A DNA stretch of 50,829 bases, taken from the NCBI GenBank assembly GCA_019429045.1, contig JAHYJL010000003.1:1-50829 (forward strand), read 5' to 3'. Positions 47,539 through 50,829 of the stretch are shown here, in pieces. This stretch comes from Bacteroidales bacterium. GTDB lineage: Bacteria; Bacteroidota; Bacteroidia; Bacteroidales; JAGOPY01. The notes beneath the pieces were generated by a model, which saw only the letters and a program-made list of their open reading frames with translations, was not told the origin of the DNA and searched no databases. Position numbers and translations under genes: made by a program. Numbering within the stretch: the first letter of the stretch is position 1; each line of letters opens with the position of its first letter.

Positions 47539-48759
47539 ATGAAATCCCATTTTGTTATCCTGATGGTCCCGTTTCTTATGTTTTCTGCATCCTGCAAGAA
47601 GGATCCGGAGGGGCCGAAGCAACCTGTTGCGATCAACCTTCCTGCGAAGGGCGATGCTGTGGTGGCTAAAAACAACGAATTTGGCATCAACCTGTTCCGC
47701 ACCACCGCCCTGGCGGAGGATAAAAACCTGATGCTCTCTCCTTTGAGCGCCTCCACGGCCCTTACCATGCTGCTGAACGGCTGCAATACAGCGACTTACG
47801 AGCAGGTCCGGGATATGCTGGGGTATGAAGGACTGACGACTGACGAGATCAACGAAGTGTATAAAAGCCTGGTGACACAGCTCCTGGCTGCCGACCCGGA
47901 GGTGCAACTGGCCCTGGCCAATGCTGTCTGGTACCGGCAGGATTTCCAGGTCAAACCGCCATTCCTGGAATCCATGGATGCCTCTTTTGACGCAGAAATC
48001 GCCGCGCTTGACTTTTTCTCGCCATCAGCGCTGACCACCATCAACAACTGGGCAAAGGATAACACCAATGGCAAGATCGAAAAGGTGCTGGACGAGATCA
48101 GCCCCGATGCGGTGATGTTCCTGATGAATGCCCTCTATTTCAAAGGGAACTGGACGTATCAGTTCAAGAAGGACCAGACCGCCGATGCCCCTTTCTATCC
48201 CGAAAATGGCAACATGCTCAATGTAAAGACGATGAGAAGCCAGATCCCGGTGAAGATACATAACGGCAGCCGGGCCATCGCCGCAGAAATGCCCTATGGC
48301 AGGCAAAACTTTGCAATGGTACTGATCCTTCCGGAAGGAAAGCTATCGGATTTTCTCCCCGGATTTGACGGCCAGGAATGGGCTGAGATCACCGCCGGCC
48401 TGGATGCCATCCAGGAACCTTCCAAGGTGGAGATGGTCATGCCAAAGTTCAAATTTGATTTTGAGAAGATCCTGAATGACCAGCTAAAAGAACTTGGGAT
48501 GATCGACGCCTTTAATCCTTATCAGGCCGATCTTTCTGGTATTTCCGACCAGCAGATCTTCGTCAGCTTTGTCAAGCAGAACACTTTCGTTGACGTGAAC
48601 GAAGAGGGAACGGAAGCGGCGGCGGTCACCACCATCGGGATCGACCTGACCAGCCTGCCATCCGAATTTGTGGTGAACAAACCGTTCATCTTCGCCATCC
48701 GGGAAAGGATGACCAATTCGCTGCTATTCATCGGGAAGGTGGAAAGGCCGGAGTATTAA
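47539..48759 (+). CDS. serpin-family protease inhibitor (lipoprotein)
   Basis: Lipobox SASC, SPLS, NALYFKGNW, hinge EEGTEAAAVT, FVVNKPFIFAIRE. Confidence 0.95.
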   Translation: MKSHFVILMVPFLMFSASCKKDPEGPKQPVAINLPAKGDAVVAKNNEFGINLFRTTALAEDKNLMLSPLSASTALTMLLNGCNTATYEQVRDMLGYEGLTTDEINEVYKSLVTQLLAADPEVQLALANAVWYRQDFQVKPPFLESMDASFDAEIAALDFFSPSALTTINNWAKDNTNGKIEKVLDEISPDAVMFLMNALYFKGNWTYQFKKDQTADAPFYPENGNMLNVKTMRSQIPVKIHNGSRAIAAEMPYGRQNFAMVLILPEGKLSDFLPGFDGQEWAEITAGLDAIQEPSKVEMVMPKFKFDFEKILNDQLKELGMIDAFNPYQADLSGISDQQIFVSFVKQNTFVDVNEEGTEAAAVTTIGIDLTSLPSEFVVNKPFIFAIRERMTNSLLFIGKVERPEY

Positions 48760-49279
48760 GGTTCCTGGAGAGCTCCCATAAAACAATCCCGGCGCTGATT
48801 GCTACATTGAAGGAATGTTTCGTGCCGAACTGGGGGATTTCGATGCAGCCATCTGACATTTTCAACAATTCCTCTTTAACACCAAAAACTTCATGACCGA
48901 AGATCAGAGCGATTTTTGAACCTTTTTCGGGCTGAAAATCTCCCAATGAAATGCTGCCTTCCGCCTGTTCTATGGCGTAAATCCGGTAGCCGTTTTGCCG
49001 GAGGCCGCTGGCCGCATCCAAAACATTGGCGATGTATTGCCATTGAACGGATTCGGTGGCGCCTAGTGCGGTCTTGCTAATGTCCTTGTGCGGCGGCCGG
49101 GCCGAAATGCCGCAAATATAGATCGCTTCGACCCGGAATGCGTCAGCCGTCCGGAAGATCGAGCCCACATTATATGCGCTGCGGACATCATCCAGGACAA
49201 TGATCACGGGCAGTTTTTCGGAGGATTTGTACTCTTCCGCCGAAATCCGGTTCAGGTCGGTCATGGAGCGTTTTTTCAT
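48728..49279 (-). CDS. SpoU/TrmH-family RNA methyltransferase
   Basis: LDDVRSAYNVGSIFRTADAF, FGHEVFGV, IPQFGTKHSFNV; its 3' end overlaps the serpin 3' end by 32 bp. Confidence 0.92.
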   Translation of the reverse strand: MKKRSMTDLNRISAEEYKSSEKLPVIIVLDDVRSAYNVGSIFRTADAFRVEAIYICGISARPPHKDISKTALGATESVQWQYIANVLDAASGLRQNGYRIYAIEQAEGSISLGDFQPEKGSKIALIFGHEVFGVKEELLKMSDGCIEIPQFGTKHSFNVAISAGIVLWELSRNLNTPAFPPSR

Positions 49280-49326
49280 AGGGTAGTGCGAAATTACGTA
49301 TTTTTGCTTTCATTAATTCGTTTCAC

Positions 49327-50829
49327 TTGACCACTCAGCCCGATTTCATCGACACCCCGCTCATGCGGCAATACGCTTCCATCAAGGCGAAATACCCCGA
49401 TGCGCTGCTGCTGTTCCGCGTGGGTGATTTTTATGAGACTTTCGGCGAAGATGCTGTAAAAACCTCAAAGATACTGGGCATTGTCCTGACCAAAAGGGCC
49501 AATGGCGCCGCTTCTTTTGTCGATCTGGCAGGATTTCCTTATCATGCACTCGACACTTATCTTCCCAAACTGGTCCGGGCAGGTCAACGAGTGGCCATCT
49601 GCGACCAGCTCGAAGACCCCAAACTGGCGAAAAAGATCGTCAAGCGGGGTGTAACCGAGCTGGTAACGCCCGGAGTCTCCTATAACGATAAAGTACTGGA
49701 CCACAAGGAGAATAACTTCCTGGGAAGCATCCACCTGGGGGATAAGATGTCGGGCATTGCTTTCCTGGATATCTCCACCGGTGAATTTTATGCCGCCCAG
49801 GGGAATAACGATTATATCGACAAGCTCCTACAGGGATTTAAACCCAGCGAAGTGGTCATACAGAAAAGCAGGCGGGAGAGGTTCCAGCAGCTCTTTGGCA
49901 GCAAGTTTTACACCTACACTTTCGACGACTGGGTATTTACCCAAGATTTTGCCAACGACATCCTCCCCTCCCATTTCGGGACCACATCGCTGAAGGGCTT
50001 TGGCGTAGACGACATGCCTTACGCGGTGGTGGCGGCCGGAGCGGCTTTTCATTACCTGGCCGAAACGCATCACGACAAAATTCAGCATATTGTCAAAATT
50101 TCCAGGATCGAAGAAGACAAATATGTCTGGCTCGACCGCTTCACGGTCCGCAACCTGGAACTGATCAGCTCCATCAACGAAAGGGGCAAGACCCTACTGG
50201 ATGTTATCGACCGGACGATCACGCCGATGGGCTCACGGATGATGAGGCGATGGACCGTCCTCCCGCTGAAAGAGCGCAAACCCATCGAGGAGCGGCTGAA
50301 CATCGTCGAATACCTGATGGAACATGATGATCTATCAGGTCTCCTGACCAAACAGCTCAAGTTGACGGGCGACCTGGAACGGCTCATTTCCAAAGTGGCT
50401 GTATCCCGGATCACACCCCGCGAGGTGGTCCAGCTGAAAAGGGCCTTGCATGCAGTGGAAGCCATTAAAAACGCCTGTGAACAAACAGGTCAACCCGCAC
50501 TGCAAAAAATCGGCGAACAGCTCAACCCTTGCAAGATCATCCGCGACCGCATTGAACAGGAGATCCAGGAAGATCCGCCCGCTACGGTCAGCAAGGGCGG
50601 CGTGCTGAAAAACGGCGTTTCCGGGGAACTCGATGACCTCAGGGAGCTTCTCTTCTCCGGAAAAGATTACCTGAAGAAGATTCAGCAGCGCGAAATCGCC
50701 CGCACTGGTATCACTTCGCTCAAAATTAGTTTCAACAACGTTTTCGGCTATTACCTGGAGGTTACCAACGCGCACAAAGACAAGGTGCCGGACGATTGGC
50801 ACCGCAAACAGACCCTGGTGGGCTCGGAG
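49327..50829 (+). CDS. mutS: DNA mismatch repair protein MutS (runs off the window end)
   Basis: Not in the ORF track because it has no stop. From TTG 49327: TPLMRQY..IK.KYPDALLLFRVGDFYETF, AGFPYHALDTYLPKLV, TPMGSR, GDLERL, FNNVFGYY. Confidence 0.95.
   Translation, partial: MTTQPDFIDTPLMRQYASIKAKYPDALLLFRVGDFYETFGEDAVKTSKILGIVLTKRANGAASFVDLAGFPYHALDTYLPKLVRAGQRVAICDQLEDPKLAKKIVKRGVTELVTPGVSYNDKVLDHKENNFLGSIHLGDKMSGIAFLDISTGEFYAAQGNNDYIDKLLQGFKPSEVVIQKSRRERFQQLFGSKFYTYTFDDWVFTQDFANDILPSHFGTTSLKGFGVDDMPYAVVAAGAAFHYLAETHHDKIQHIVKISRIEEDKYVWLDRFTVRNLELISSINERGKTLLDVIDRTITPMGSRMMRRWTVLPLKERKPIEERLNIVEYLMEHDDLSGLLTKQLKLTGDLERLISKVAVSRITPREVVQLKRALHAVEAIKNACEQTGQPALQKIGEQLNPCKIIRDRIEQEIQEDPPATVSKGGVLKNGVSGELDDLRELLFSGKDYLKKIQQREIARTGITSLKISFNNVFGYYLEVTNAHKDKVPDDWHRKQTLVGSE

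Overview
Bacteroidota (Bacteroidales-like) chromosomal window, judged from TAnnTTTG -7 promoter elements, T9SS C-terminal domains and subtype-iii T6SS proteins. The left third holds a FadL/OmpP1-type outer-membrane protein, a Mo/W-type ABC transporter pair, a TPR sensor kinase, tRNA-Gly/Leu/Pro, an AT-rich baeRF3-HPF-hydrolase islet and abgT. The centre (14.4-37.8 kb) is one co-directional T6SSiii cluster: tssH/clpV, tssB, tssC, two hcp, vgrG, then tssG, tssK, tssE, tssF. No TssN/O/P/Q/R membrane complex is recognisable. Between vgrG and tssG sits what reads as a complete eukaryote-like ubiquitination cascade: a Ubl ending in Gly, a UBC-type E2 (HPN...ICL), a membrane-anchored JAMM/JAB isopeptidase, a receptor-like vWA-TM-RING-TMs-FHA protein (candidate E3) and a ThiF E1 that overlaps tssG. 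A T9SS-exported protein and an outer-membrane barrel lie in the same block. A convergent PAAR / DUF4123 / adaptor / JAB-like effector / lipoprotein immunity cassette follows. The right end carries a T9SS gene remnant, MITE/REP-like repeats, yceI, cysteate synthase, GxxExxY, a serpin lipoprotein, a SpoU methylase and the 5' part of mutS. All calls come from motif reading by eye; no database searches were run.
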